From Thiotrichales bacterium (GTDB lineage Bacteria > Pseudomonadota > Gammaproteobacteria > UWMA-0217), in the NCBI GenBank assembly GCA_024763135.1, contig JANTGD010000003.1, positions 1-33,531 on the forward strand: DNA of 33,531 nt. Reading direction: 5' to 3'. Positions within the stretch are counted from its first letter, which is position 1; each line of letters opens with the position of its first letter. The notes under the pieces are model-generated. The model saw only the letters and a list, made by a program, of their open reading frames with translations, was not told where the DNA came from and ran no database searches. Positions 20,883 to 31,039 of this stretch are shown here, piece by piece. The translations under genes were made by a program, and so were the position numbers.

Positions 20883-21305
20883 ATGACCATACAAGTCGAA
20901 ATTGTTCGGATTACTGTTGCAGTTTTTATGTTTTATGGAACTGGATTTGTGCTCTCCCCCGAACTCTTGTCGCAGTTCGTCACTGGAACTATTCCAGCGT
21001 CTGCATCAGGCTTGATCGACATGCGCGCCACCTATGGAGGCATATCTGTTGCTGTAGGCATCTAGCTCTTCGCCCTGTCGTCGAAACGTAGAAATATCAA
21101 GAATGAACTCTTGGGTGTCATTTTACTGATGCTCTGTATGGCAAGTAGCCATATTTACGGCTTTGCGATAGACGGACCGGCGAACATGCTGATGTATATT
21201 TATTTGGCGATAGAGATCGGAATGGCTGGAATTTCTTGGTGGGCCTTGGCCTATAGTAGTGAGCAAAAGCGCGCTAACCTCGTTGTTGCAAATTATGGCG
21301 GATAA
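20883..21305 (+). pseudogene. Small multi-TM membrane protein (DUF4345-like) interrupted by an in-frame TAG
   Basis: ORFs 20883-21065 and 21111-21305 share one frame with a single TAG at 21063-21065. DMRATYGG and GFAIDG motifs; AGGAG RBS. Confidence 0.7.
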
Positions 21306-21424
21306 GATGGACCGCCCGCGAGTGGCCTGTTGCTTCATTATCAAACGGTTGTGCGAGTTGTTCGGTGGGCCTGAGGTCAGAAAAGTTACGGCGATAAGCA
21401 GTAGTGAAGAAAAGGAGATGCCGA

Positions 21425-21616
21425 ATGGCAGCGAAACCTTCAGAAAATGAGTTCGAAGTTATTGTTATCGGGCCCGGCATGGGCGGCATGACGATGACTG
21501 CTGCACTTTCCCGGCTGGGACATAAGGTCTGGCTTCTTGGGCAAACTCACACAATCGGCGGACTCACTCACGTCTTCCCCCGAGAGGGCTGCACCTGGGA
21601 CTTTGGCGCAGCGTAG
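21425..21616 (+). pseudogene. N-terminal fragment of a phytoene-desaturase-like FAD oxidoreductase
   Basis: EVIVIGPGMGGMT...LSRLGHKVWLL...IGGLTHVFPREGCTWDFG Rossmann motif, then a stop after ~63 aa; AAGGAG RBS. Confidence 0.8.
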
Positions 21617-21638
21617 AGCACGAAGGCACCTTTTTCCA

Positions 21639-21866
21639 TTAGCCCGTTCTGGACTCATTTACAGCATCAAGTATGTCCTGAGTTGTTGCTTTTGTTTTTA
21701 CCCCAGGAACATCGAAAGGTGACTTGCTTTCTTCCTTTTTAGCTACAAGAGAAAAAATGGCCCCATCCCTTCTGCGAATTTCAACCTCTTCTTTTTGGGC
21801 GATTTTTAGAAGTTTTGCTAAATTCTGACGAGCTTCTGAATAAGTAAATACTTTCATGGTATTCAT
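21639..21866 (-). CDS. Phd/YefM family antitoxin
   Basis: MKVFTYSEARQNLAKLL...EEVEIRRRDG Phd-type N-terminus; ATGA overlap with the upstream PIN gene. Confidence 0.88.
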   Translation of the reverse strand: MNTMKVFTYSEARQNLAKLLKIAQKEEVEIRRRDGAIFSLVAKKEESKSPFDVPGVKTKATTQDILDAVNESRTG

Positions 21867-22252
21867 TCCATTACTTCAATATTTAGGTTTCTCGCTACTT
21901 GCTTCATGCGCTTATCCAGTGTTATCAAAGGAGAAAAATACTGTATTGCGCACTGTAAGAAATAGGCATGATAGGCGTAAATTTTAAATTCAAGTGCTAG
22001 TTTCAGAGCTTGATGTATATCGACTGATACCAACCTAACTGGAATGCGATTCACTGTGTTATAGGCTGACATAGCTTCATCAGCTGTAAGCGCTTTACGT
22101 TTCACCATTGCAGTCAAGGCATTCCCAATTTCGAAAGGCAGTACCTCAGGGGCAACAGCATCAGCTTGTGAGGTAAGCTGGATAATATTCTCTTTTTCCG
22201 GCTTCTCTAACACCACAGCCAAGAGTATATTTATATCGGGAATAATATTCAT
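21863..22252 (-). CDS. PIN-domain (VapC-like) toxin, possibly inactive
   Basis: IIPDIN, FEIGNAL, AYHAYFL, LITLDK PIN layout; 129 aa. Confidence 0.88.
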   Translation of the reverse strand: MNIIPDINILLAVVLEKPEKENIIQLTSQADAVAPEVLPFEIGNALTAMVKRKALTADEAMSAYNTVNRIPVRLVSVDIHQALKLALEFKIYAYHAYFLQCAIQYFSPLITLDKRMKQVARNLNIEVME

Positions 22253-22253
22253 T

Positions 22254-22287
22254 TTGACAGTTGTACAACTCTTGCTTTAATTGTCAA
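22254..22287 (-). promoter_or_regulatory. Putative TA promoter with overlapping palindromic operator
   Basis: Minus strand TTGACA-16 nt-TACAAC, 7 nt before the toxin ATG. Perfect palindrome AGTTGTACAACT at 22259-22270; outer inverted pair TTGACA/TGTCAA. Confidence 0.65.
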
Positions 22288-22324
22288 CGAGCAAACGACT
22301 AGCTCAGGGGGGTGCTGCACCGGG

Positions 22325-22822
22325 CGCGAGGCGATAAGCTACTTTAGTGCCGGCAGTTATGGAGAGTAGCGTAGTGGCGTAGCGACAAGGTCGACTTCAC
22401 CACAGCAATCACTCGATAACCCATTGGACGGCTGGCCAGGTGGAAGATGGCTGGACATCCGTACCCCCGCCATCCGGACAACCATGAAATAACGCCTCGA
22501 CCTCTCCTGAATAAAACTCTGTGTTGACGTAGGACCGGACAACGTTGACGGCACCTCAATAACCCGGGATTACCGCTAACGACTGGTGATCAGCTACAAC
22601 CGGTTCCTTGCCACAGAAGCCGATAGAAGAGGTCTCGCCTTTGGTTTCAAAAACGACCTCGACACGATGCCTCAACTGGAAGCCGTTTTCGATGCCGAAT
22701 ACCAGCAGAAATATATCGATAACCGTAGCAGCTCCAGGGGCGAGCTCTGGAGCGCTGCAGCCAGTCGCAGGGGGAGGTTCAGCACTATCGTATTGCCGCT
22801 ATTGTTGGATGACACCTTTTAG
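22325..22822 (+). pseudogene. Degraded GH114 endo-alpha-1,4-polygalactosaminidase-like gene
   Basis: Ordered motifs across frameshifts: ISYFSAGSY, NPLDGWPGGRWLDIR, PDNVDG, LPLTTGDQL, YNRFLATEADRRGLAFGFKNDLD, VFDAEY. Boundaries approximate. Confidence 0.8.
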
Positions 22823-22940
22823 TTTGACTGCAAGTCCTAGATGGCAGCCAACCGGAGGCAGTTCCGTGTAGCTTGGATCCGGCTTGTGAGTTAGTGTTAC
22901 CCACGGCCAGTTTCCGTAGCCGGGAAGGAGTTAAATCACC

Positions 22941-22984
22941 ATGAGGCTGAAAAATATCTGGTTATGCGTCATGGAAAGACCTGA
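22941..22984 (+). pseudogene. Possible 5' remnant of a histidine phosphatase family gene
   Basis: AAGGAG RBS and ATG; adding one A to the A5 run gives MRLKKYLVMRHGKT* (RHG motif). Very short. Confidence 0.35.
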
Positions 22985-23075
22985 TAATCATCTAGCGAGT
23001 TAGAGTTTGCTATAGAAAATGGCATGGGGGAGTTAGCCGCCTTTTCAATCGAAGCTGACCCAACTGGTTCGCCTT

Positions 23076-23783
23076 CTACCACAGGCCGGGGATCAAACGG
23101 AAACGAGTTTGTTTAGCATATTCTGGATAGCCGTTGAGCTCTTCGTGCAGGGTACGATCCTCCAAGTAGGTGCGCAGGATTAACAACAGTGCCAACAAGA
23201 ACGAAAGTGTTAACGCCCAGCGAGAACCCAGCGCAATGGGTACCGCGAAAAACAAGACGATCGTGAGCGTATACATCGGGTGCCGGACCCAGGCATAAGG
23301 ACCGGTTGTGATGACATGGTGGCCGCGCTGCTCATCGATTTTTACGACCTGGGCGAGATAAGTATTTTCTCGCAATACCCAGCCGAACAGAACGAAGCAA
23401 GGGATATGTACAGCGATCGCGACCAGCCTCATCCATAGCGGCAGGGGATCACTCCATTCGTATCTCACTACATCAAACCCCGGGATGATGTACAAACCGA
23501 TTGCCGCAATTAAAAACAAGGCCATAATTACCTTGTCCCAGCTTTGTTGATCTTTTTGGATTGGCACAAGCCTCATACGTTCCGCGAGCAACGCTGGATC
23601 GTGCTTCATTAAATATGGAGTAATAGTCAGTCCGAAGCCAGTCCAGAGGGTGACAACGGCCCAAGCCTCCCACCAGTACAGCGTTCCTGCAGGCCACATC
23701 AACGCAACCGCAAAAAAGATCATGCGTATTAGTAGTCGCAGCCAGATATGAGCAGGTTTATTTAGGGAGTTCGGTTGGGCCAT
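23076..23783 (-). CDS. Isoprenylcysteine carboxyl methyltransferase (Ste14/ICMT-PEMT) family membrane protein
   Basis: HHVITTGPYAWVRHPMY, RTYLEDRTLHEELNGYPEY, RFRLIPGLW; ATG 23783 chosen to avoid overlap with the permease. Confidence 0.9.
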   Translation of the reverse strand: MAQPNSLNKPAHIWLRLLIRMIFFAVALMWPAGTLYWWEAWAVVTLWTGFGLTITPYLMKHDPALLAERMRLVPIQKDQQSWDKVIMALFLIAAIGLYIIPGFDVVRYEWSDPLPLWMRLVAIAVHIPCFVLFGWVLRENTYLAQVVKIDEQRGHHVITTGPYAWVRHPMYTLTIVLFFAVPIALGSRWALTLSFLLALLLILRTYLEDRTLHEELNGYPEYAKQTRFRLIPGLW

Positions 23784-23812
23784 CTGCTCTGTCCTGAAGT
23801 CCGCAGAGATTT

Positions 23813-24940
23813 TTACGAAAGCGCGACGGTGCGCCGAAATCGTGCCAGCGCGACCAGAAAGAAAATGCTGCCAATGGCGAGATTGGCCAGCAGTTGTGGC
23901 CATACGATGGACAGCCCTGCACCTCTGAAAAGCACTGCCTGGGCGAGACTCACGAAATGGGTGGTAGGTGCGGCGAGCATAATGCTTTGTACAGCGGGGG
24001 GCATGCTTTCTGGCGGGGCGTTGGCACCGGACAGCATATTCAGGGGCACAACCACAAGAATCATGAGTAGTGCGAACTGAGGCATTGAGCGGGTGATCGT
24101 TGCGAGCAGAATGCCGAGCGCCGTGGTTGAAAAAAGATGCAAGGCGGTGGCGAGAAGAAACAGTGCCATGGAGCCAGTGATAGGCATCGCAAGTCCACCC
24201 TTTACCACAATCATGAGCGACGCTGCTGCCACGGCCAGCACAACCAGTCCATTGGCCCAGACCTTAGCGGCCATGATTTGAAAGGGCGTGAGTGGCATGA
24301 CGAGCAAATGCTCGATCGTGCCATGTTCCCGCTCGCGTATCAGTGCCGCACCAGCCAGGATAATCGACAGAAAAGTGATGTTATTGACGAGCTCCATGGC
24401 TCCAAAAAACCACACCCCATTCAGATTGGGATTGAACTGCATACGAGTCGTAAGCTGGATCGGTAGCGGCGGGTCGCCGTGATAACCCAGTACGAAACGC
24501 GATACCTCACCAATGCCGATGTTCTGGATATAGCCACTACCGATAAATGCCTCGTTCATGCGGGTTGCATCGATATTGAGCTGGACGGTCGGCTGATGTC
24601 CGGCCAATACGTCGCGCTGAAAATCGGCTGGCAGATGTACCGTGAAGGTGTACAACCCCGCATCGAGGCCAGGGTCGATCTCGTCGAAGGCAATGGCCGT
24701 GGCCGGCATAAACTCCGGGGGACGCAGGGCATCGATTAAACGCCGGGACAAGGGTGATTGGTCCTCGTCAACAACGGCCACCGATGCATTACGGAGCTCG
24801 GTGGATTGGCTGTTCGCCGATTCGTAGAGTCCGAAGGAGAATGACCAGATCAGGAAGAACAGCAGCACCTTGTCGAACCACAGACTGCGCATTTCCTTCA
24901 CACCGAGCTGCAGAATATTAAGGAAACGGCGCACGATCAC
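23813..24940 (-). CDS. yhhJ: ABC-2 type transporter permease, YhhJ-like
   Basis: [49 protein letters not shown]; follows rbbA. Confidence 0.9.
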   Translation of the reverse strand: MIVRRFLNILQLGVKEMRSLWFDKVLLFFLIWSFSFGLYESANSQSTELRNASVAVVDEDQSPLSRRLIDALRPPEFMPATAIAFDEIDPGLDAGLYTFTVHLPADFQRDVLAGHQPTVQLNIDATRMNEAFIGSGYIQNIGIGEVSRFVLGYHGDPPLPIQLTTRMQFNPNLNGVWFFGAMELVNNITFLSIILAGAALIREREHGTIEHLLVMPLTPFQIMAAKVWANGLVVLAVAAASLMIVVKGGLAMPITGSMALFLLATALHLFSTTALGILLATITRSMPQFALLMILVVVPLNMLSGANAPPESMPPAVQSIMLAAPTTHFVSLAQAVLFRGAGLSIVWPQLLANLAIGSIFFLVALARFRRTVALS

Positions 24941-27669
24941 TTCTCCTGCTTGCGCAACAGCATGGTGGAAATAATGGTGATGGCCAGAACGAAGATTGCC
25001 AGTGCAGCGAAACGGTCACCGAGGTCGCTAAAGCCCAACGCCTTGCTGAACGTGCCCTGGCTGATCACCAGAAAGTGGGTTGTTGGGTAGATCTTCGAAA
25101 ATACCGCAGCTCCGCCTTCCAGTGCGGATACCGAAGAGGTAAGTCCGGAAAAGGCAAAGGCGGGCGTCATCGTAGCGATTGCGGTTCCGAAGATGGCCGC
25201 CACCTGGGAGCGCGTAAATGTCGACATCAACAAGCCTAGTCCGCTGGTTGCTGTTACGTAGAGGAAAGCGCCCAGGCTGATGGCGCCAAGACTTCCCTTT
25301 AATTGCACTCCGAACATCGATACGGATAGCGCCAGTAAGCCGAAAAAGCCGATCATGCTGATGCCTACGTAGGGGAGTTGCTTGCCGAGCAGAAATTCCA
25401 GCCGTGTTATGGGGGTGACATATAGATTGGTAATCGAGCCCAACTCCTTTTCGCGCACGACACCGAGCGCCGTCAGCATGGCCGGAACGAGCACCAGCAG
25501 GATCGCGATGGTGCCGGGCACCATCGCATTAAAGCTTTCAAAGTCCTGATTGTACCGGTAACGCACCTCGACGCTTGCCGCGGCCGTGGGTGAGGCAACA
25601 CCGTTGCGTGTAGCGAGATCGGTGAGGTATTGATAATGCAGGCCCTGCACATAGCCACGAACTGTCTCGGCGCGAAATGGCATCGCGCCGTCAATCCACA
25701 TAGCGACTTCGGGCGAGCGGTTGCGCTTGAGATCACGCCCGAAGCCGGGAGGTATCTCTAAGGCCAGACTGAGTTCGTGATTGCGCATGCGCAGGTCGAG
25801 TTCGGCGTGATCGCGTATGGGTGATCGCTCAATGAAATAACGGGAACCAGAAATATTCTGTATATAGTCGCGGCTCTCCGGTGTCTGGTCGTGATCCAGG
25901 CTTGCGAAACTCAGTGAATCCACATCGAAGGTCATACCGTAACTCAGCAGGATCATGAGCAGCACGGTACCAAACAGGGCGAAGGTGAGGCGGATCGGAT
26001 CACGCCACAATTCGAGGGTTTCCCGCCGCGCCACGCCGAGCATCCGGGGGAGCCTGAAGCCGTGGCGCAGCGGTGGTGCTGCTGGCCGTTCAGTGGCTGG
26101 GGCGATCGGTGCTGTATCGGGTTCAACGCCCGCTGCTTCCTCCAGATAAGCGATGAAGGTCTCCTCCAGCGTGGCGCTGCCGCGCGCATGCTTGAGCGCT
26201 TCCGGAGTATCGCTTGCCAGCACTTTGCCCGCATGCATTAAAGAAATGCGATCGCAACGTTCGGCCTCATTCATAAAGTGGGTGGAAATGAAGATGGTCA
26301 CGCCCTGGCAACGGGAGATATCCATCAACAGCTCCCAGAACTGATCGCGCGCGACCGGATCGACGCCGGAGGTTGGTTCATCGAGGATCAGTATCTCCGG
26401 CTTATGGACCATCGCAACCGCCAGCGACAGACGCTGCCGAATACCCAGAGGTAATTCGGCGGCCAGTGCGTCAGCGTGATCGCCCAGATCAAATCGATCG
26501 ATGAGCTCCTGCACACGTGGCAACACTTCATCTGCGGGCAAATGAAAAAGGCGTGCATGCAATACAAGGTTCTGGCGCAAGGTCAGTTCGGAGTAGAGCG
26601 AGAAGGCCTGGGTCATGTACCCGACCCGCTTGCGGGTATCGAGGTCCTGCGGATCGACAGGTTGGCCGAACAGCTTGGCTGTGCCCGCGCTCGGTGGCAG
26701 CAAGCCGGTGAGCATCTTCATTGTGGTTGTTTTCCCGCAACCGTTGGAACCCAGAAAGCCAAAGATTTCACCGCGCTCAATGCGAAAGGACACGCTATCA
26801 ACGGCTGTAAAATCGCCGAAGCGCATCGTCAGCCCCGCGGCCTCGATAGCCAGATCACCGCCGCTTTCCAGCTGGCGAGGTGGCACAGTGAGTTCGTGGT
26901 GGCCCGCGCGTTTTGACTCGGGCAGGAGGGCTATGAACGCAGAATCCAGGTTACTGCTGCCGGTGCGGGTCTTGAGTTCGTCCGGGCTGCCGGTGGCGAG
27001 TATCTGTCCATCGTTCATCGCTACAAGCCAATCAAAGCGCTCGGCCTCTTCCATGTAGGCGGTGGCAACCAACACGCTCATATCCGTTCTTCGTGCGCGC
27101 AAGCGATCGATCAGCTCCCAGAACTGGCGACGGGACAGGGGATCGACGCCGGTGGTTGGTTCATCCAGGATCAGTAGATCGGGGTCGTGGATGAGGGCAC
27201 AACAGAGTCCCAGTTTCTGCTTCATTCCACCTGAAAGCTTGGCGGCTGGCCGGTCGCGAAAGGGCGCAAGACCGGTACTGACCAGCAGTTCGTCTATACG
27301 CTCGACACGCTCGGCTCGCCTCTGGCCGAACAGTCGGCCGAAGTAGTCCACATTGTCGAAAACCGAGAGTGTTGCATACAGGTTGCGTCCCAAACCCTGC
27401 GGCATATAGGCGATACGCGGCGAGATGGAATTGCGGAATCCGGCGCGGCTCATGTCGCCCTCAAACACCTCGACAGAACCGCTTTGCAGGCGGCGTGCGC
27501 CGGCAATCAGTGCTAGCAGGCTGGACTTGCCGACACCATCAGGCCCGATCAGCCCCACACGACATCCGGCCGGGATGTCCAGTGTGACGTTGTTGAGTGC
27601 GTGGACCTTGCGATAGCGATGGCTTACGTCGATAACGCGAGCAACCGGGGTGGCTGTTTGCCCGTTCAT
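24937..27669 (-). CDS. rbbA: RbbA-like ABC protein (two ATPase domains fused to an ABC-2 permease)
   Basis: GPDGVGKS / [33 protein letters not shown]; GSNGCGKT / [14 protein letters not shown]; RDPIRLTFA; [17 protein letters not shown]; 910 aa. Confidence 0.94.
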   Translation of the reverse strand: MNGQTATPVARVIDVSHRYRKVHALNNVTLDIPAGCRVGLIGPDGVGKSSLLALIAGARRLQSGSVEVFEGDMSRAGFRNSISPRIAYMPQGLGRNLYATLSVFDNVDYFGRLFGQRRAERVERIDELLVSTGLAPFRDRPAAKLSGGMKQKLGLCCALIHDPDLLILDEPTTGVDPLSRRQFWELIDRLRARRTDMSVLVATAYMEEAERFDWLVAMNDGQILATGSPDELKTRTGSSNLDSAFIALLPESKRAGHHELTVPPRQLESGGDLAIEAAGLTMRFGDFTAVDSVSFRIERGEIFGFLGSNGCGKTTTMKMLTGLLPPSAGTAKLFGQPVDPQDLDTRKRVGYMTQAFSLYSELTLRQNLVLHARLFHLPADEVLPRVQELIDRFDLGDHADALAAELPLGIRQRLSLAVAMVHKPEILILDEPTSGVDPVARDQFWELLMDISRCQGVTIFISTHFMNEAERCDRISLMHAGKVLASDTPEALKHARGSATLEETFIAYLEEAAGVEPDTAPIAPATERPAAPPLRHGFRLPRMLGVARRETLELWRDPIRLTFALFGTVLLMILLSYGMTFDVDSLSFASLDHDQTPESRDYIQNISGSRYFIERSPIRDHAELDLRMRNHELSLALEIPPGFGRDLKRNRSPEVAMWIDGAMPFRAETVRGYVQGLHYQYLTDLATRNGVASPTAAASVEVRYRYNQDFESFNAMVPGTIAILLVLVPAMLTALGVVREKELGSITNLYVTPITRLEFLLGKQLPYVGISMIGFFGLLALSVSMFGVQLKGSLGAISLGAFLYVTATSGLGLLMSTFTRSQVAAIFGTAIATMTPAFAFSGLTSSVSALEGGAAVFSKIYPTTHFLVISQGTFSKALGFSDLGDRFAALAIFVLAITIISTMLLRKQEK

Positions 27670-28652
27670 TATGGCAGGCGCACCTGTAATGATTCAGGCC
27701 AGCTGATATCCGTGCCGAGTCGCAGATAAGCGACGCCCGGTACGCCGGTCTTCATAATTGCGCCGTGCTTGGTGAGCAGCTCCGGATCGATACGGACCTT
27801 GACGCGGAACATGAGCTTTTCACGTTCAGTGCGAGTCTCGACTTCCTTGGGTGTGAACTGCGCATCGGGTGAGACAAACGACACGGTGGCTGGAATGGTG
27901 TATTCAGGTATGGCATCGAGCACGATGCGCGCTTCATCTCCGATGCGTAACCGCCCCGCCTGCATGGTTGGCAGGAATATGGTCATGTAGGCGTCGGTTA
28001 GGTTTAGGATGGTTAACACCTTGCCGCCAGACGGAAGCACCTCACCCGGTTCGGCCAGACGATAGAGCACCCGTCCCGCGATCGGTGTTTTCAGCGTGCT
28101 GTCGTCAATACGGGTACGCACCGATTCGACTCGCGCCTGAGCTGCGTCAATTGCCGCGCCCGCGAGCGCAAGCTCAGCCTCTGCCGCAGACAGTGCTGCC
28201 GAGGCCGTCTGCACGGTGGTCTCGCTGCGTTGTAACTGCTCGATAGGGATGTTCCGGTTTTCGTACAGCCCGCGCGAGCGCGCTAGGCTCTTCTCCGCCA
28301 GACTGACTTCGCTTTTCCGCTGGGCTATGACTGCTGCGGCAGCGGTACGTTGTTTTTGTGCCTGTATGACCTGAGCCATTGCCTGACGCAGCTCGGCCTC
28401 CAGTTCGCGCACATCCATCACTGCCAGAACCTGATCTGCACTGACGTTATCGCCTTCTCGAACCTCTATGCTGGACAAGCGTCCCGGGAATTTGGTTGTG
28501 ATGTCGACCTGGGTTGCTTCCAGGCGGCCATTGCCGGATGCGATGCCGGGCGGTGTTTCGGGCGGCTGCAGGTACTGCCAGGTGAGCATGGCGAACACCC
28601 CGAGTACCGCAAGCACAACAAGCGTTACCTTCATCTTATTCATTTCGACCAC
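27669..28652 (-). CDS. yhiI: HlyD-family membrane fusion protein, YhiI-like
   Basis: [51 protein letters not shown]; start codon uncertain (28652 or 28643). Confidence 0.9.
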   Translation of the reverse strand: MVEMNKMKVTLVVLAVLGVFAMLTWQYLQPPETPPGIASGNGRLEATQVDITTKFPGRLSSIEVREGDNVSADQVLAVMDVRELEAELRQAMAQVIQAQKQRTAAAAVIAQRKSEVSLAEKSLARSRGLYENRNIPIEQLQRSETTVQTASAALSAAEAELALAGAAIDAAQARVESVRTRIDDSTLKTPIAGRVLYRLAEPGEVLPSGGKVLTILNLTDAYMTIFLPTMQAGRLRIGDEARIVLDAIPEYTIPATVSFVSPDAQFTPKEVETRTEREKLMFRVKVRIDPELLTKHGAIMKTGVPGVAYLRLGTDISWPESLQVRLP

Positions 28653-28669
28653 GCTTTCGCTCCTGCTGA

Positions 28670-31039
28670 TTAATTTGGCATCGGTATGCCTTGTTCTGAG
28701 AAATAACGCTCTGCGCGCGCAAACCAGTCAGCCTGGTCATCGCTGGTAAGGAAAAAATCAAAGCGCGCAGCGGCACGCTCCACTTCCATTAAGGTGCGCA
28801 CAAAGTCATAGACTGCAGTTGCGGCCCTCAGGTCGGCCACGAGCGCGGCATTCTGCGCATCCAGTAGATCAAGGACTGACATCGCGCCGCTGGAGTAGGC
28901 ATCACGGACCACAACAAAATTGCTCTCTGCGGCATCGGCCGCTTGTCGTGACAGGCGAATGGCCGTGTAGGCTGCGCGGGTTGTATACAGGGCCGAGCGC
29001 ACGCGTTGTTCAACACGCTCGGCTACAGCCTGTCGCTGTATGCGCAGCCCGCTGAGTTCCTCGTTAGCGCTGGCCTCCCGGGCGGCGCGCGCGCCACCGG
29101 TAAATACCGGTAACGACAATTGCAGCCCAATTGTTGTTTCACTGTCGTCCATACCTGGCAACGGTGCGTTCCCAGCACCATTGCGTGAAAAGGTTTCGGT
29201 GCGGTCTGCACGCAGGCTTAGCGTTGGCTGCCAGTAAGCGCGATTCGCAGAGTCCAGAGTTCGCTCCTGCGCGCGGATGAGGGCGTCAAGTTGGCGTAGT
29301 TCAGGAGCACTGGTGAAGGCATCTTGAACGATGAAGTCGCGCAAAACCCGAAAGCTCGCGGGATTGGCAATGAGCTTAAACAGGCGTTGCTGGCTCGTTA
29401 CGAGGACTGGTTCATTGAGACCGACTTCCAGGGTGGCAACGATGTCTTCCAGCGGTCGATGGAGCAGTGCATTCAGGGCAGTCTCGGCCACCTGTGTTTG
29501 CGCCTGAGCTTCGACAACAGCGCGCTGAGCATTGGCAATTTCGCTTTCCCAACGATAAACCTCGCTTGGTCCCGCAGTGCCGATGCGCCGCCGTCCTCGG
29601 GCCAGCTCTAGATTTGAGCGCGACAGTCGCAGATTGTCTTTCTGGACTCCGCTGTTGGTCTTGGCGCGCAACACGTCGAGGTAGGTTTGGGTAGTCTCTA
29701 GGACGATGTCGAGGCGGACCCGTTCGTACTCTATCTCCCGGGCGCTATGCAGCTGTTTCTGTATATCGAGATTAGCGCGTGCCGGTTCCGAGTAGATGAC
29801 CTGATCAAGCGTGAGCGAACCGCTGGCTGTGTGCTCAGAACGGCCAGGAATAACTGTGGCGTCATCTTCTTCGATCGTGAGGCTGCGACCGCTGAGACCA
29901 ATCTGTGGGAGCAGAGCGGAGCGTGCTTCGCGGATATTCTCTCTGCCAGCGACCACGCCAGATTGAGCGATACGGAGATTGAGGTTTTTCTCCAGCGCCT
30001 GCTCAACTGCGTCTGCCAGCGTTAGGGGTGGTCCGACCGCCTCCGGCTCGTCGTATAACAATTCAGCTTGAGTCAGCAATGGCCACTTCGGCGAAAATCC
30101 GATAGCGCGAGCAGTGCGCATATTGAGCGTCAGCCCTTCGGCTCGTGCAAAGGCGACAGGCAGGTTGCTGGCCTTCTCGCCGAGCAGAATACGGCGCATA
30201 TTCAATGCTACGCGCCGCGCCACCCTGTCCATCTCAAGCGCCGGCGTGATACCAACCAGCAGGCCGCGCGCGACGTCGGTTTTCCCCTCGAAGGCGAAGC
30301 TCGGGAGGCGTCGCTCGATCAGCCCCTTAACCAGCCGTTGATATTCCAGTGATGATAGTGCCGGTAACGGACCGACATAGACTGCCTGGGAGTCCTCCGG
30401 GATGGCCGCAAGAATAGCCATGGCCGAGTCAGATCCGGTCACGGGACTAATCGTAATATCAAGCTCCTGTGCTACCCGAGAAACTTCTTTATTAATACCC
30501 GGGATTGCTTCGGCAATCGCAGCATCGAGCAGCAGTGTCAGCCGCGTGAATGGTACAACCTCCTGGAATGCGCTGAGGTCGCGGAGGATGTCTACGTCCA
30601 GACTGATGTAGCTGAGGTTGCGTTTGCCGCTGGCGCCATCTTTATACGGAATCTTTTGTAGCCCATGGTTGGATATCAACGGAGCGACAACGGGCTTGGG
30701 TAGCCTTTTCCGTAGTGCCGCTACATGGGACCCCAGCGCACCTAGCGTTACAACGACGTCGGTGCGTGGATCTGCGATTGCTTTATCAAGGGCATTGCGA
30801 ACGCCCGCCAATGTGCGATCAGCTTCAAGCTGGAGAGCAGTGGGTGCCTGAATATCGAATTCGCCCTCATTGACAGCGCGCATCTCGTCCAGGAAAACAG
30901 AGCGTAGTGATTGGGCACGCTCTGAAGGGCCGTCTGTCAGGATGGCGACATTGACAACAGGTAGTTGGCGGGCGGCCTGCACAGTAACCGGGAGATTGAG
31001 TACAATCGCCAGAGCCAAAATGACAATCTGTTTTGTCAT
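28670..31039 (-). CDS. TolC-family outer membrane factor fused to an N-terminal ABC-type periplasmic substrate-binding domain
   Basis: Signal peptide (VQA). First ~330 aa alternate beta/alpha and end with RILLGEKASNLPV...LTLNMRTARAIG (ABC substrate-binding type). Then LTLADAVEQALEKN, ARSALLPQI, LQLSLPVFTGG and YSSGAMSVLDLLDAQ (OEP repeats). GAGG precedes ATG 31039; alternative start 31051. Confidence 0.88.
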   Translation of the reverse strand: MTKQIVILALAIVLNLPVTVQAARQLPVVNVAILTDGPSERAQSLRSVFLDEMRAVNEGEFDIQAPTALQLEADRTLAGVRNALDKAIADPRTDVVVTLGALGSHVAALRKRLPKPVVAPLISNHGLQKIPYKDGASGKRNLSYISLDVDILRDLSAFQEVVPFTRLTLLLDAAIAEAIPGINKEVSRVAQELDITISPVTGSDSAMAILAAIPEDSQAVYVGPLPALSSLEYQRLVKGLIERRLPSFAFEGKTDVARGLLVGITPALEMDRVARRVALNMRRILLGEKASNLPVAFARAEGLTLNMRTARAIGFSPKWPLLTQAELLYDEPEAVGPPLTLADAVEQALEKNLNLRIAQSGVVAGRENIREARSALLPQIGLSGRSLTIEEDDATVIPGRSEHTASGSLTLDQVIYSEPARANLDIQKQLHSAREIEYERVRLDIVLETTQTYLDVLRAKTNSGVQKDNLRLSRSNLELARGRRRIGTAGPSEVYRWESEIANAQRAVVEAQAQTQVAETALNALLHRPLEDIVATLEVGLNEPVLVTSQQRLFKLIANPASFRVLRDFIVQDAFTSAPELRQLDALIRAQERTLDSANRAYWQPTLSLRADRTETFSRNGAGNAPLPGMDDSETTIGLQLSLPVFTGGARAAREASANEELSGLRIQRQAVAERVEQRVRSALYTTRAAYTAIRLSRQAADAAESNFVVVRDAYSSGAMSVLDLLDAQNAALVADLRAATAVYDFVRTLMEVERAAARFDFFLTSDDQADWFARAERYFSEQGIPMPN

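Noticed and set aside
21259-21450. ORF with IIKRLCELFGG resembling a histidine kinase C-terminus
   Set aside because: Too short and lacks the G-box motifs; the similarity could be chance.
21300-23075. Integron cassette array or CRISPR as an explanation for the short fragments and TA pair
   Set aside because: No attC-like repeated hairpins, integron integrase, regularly spaced repeats or cas genes were seen.
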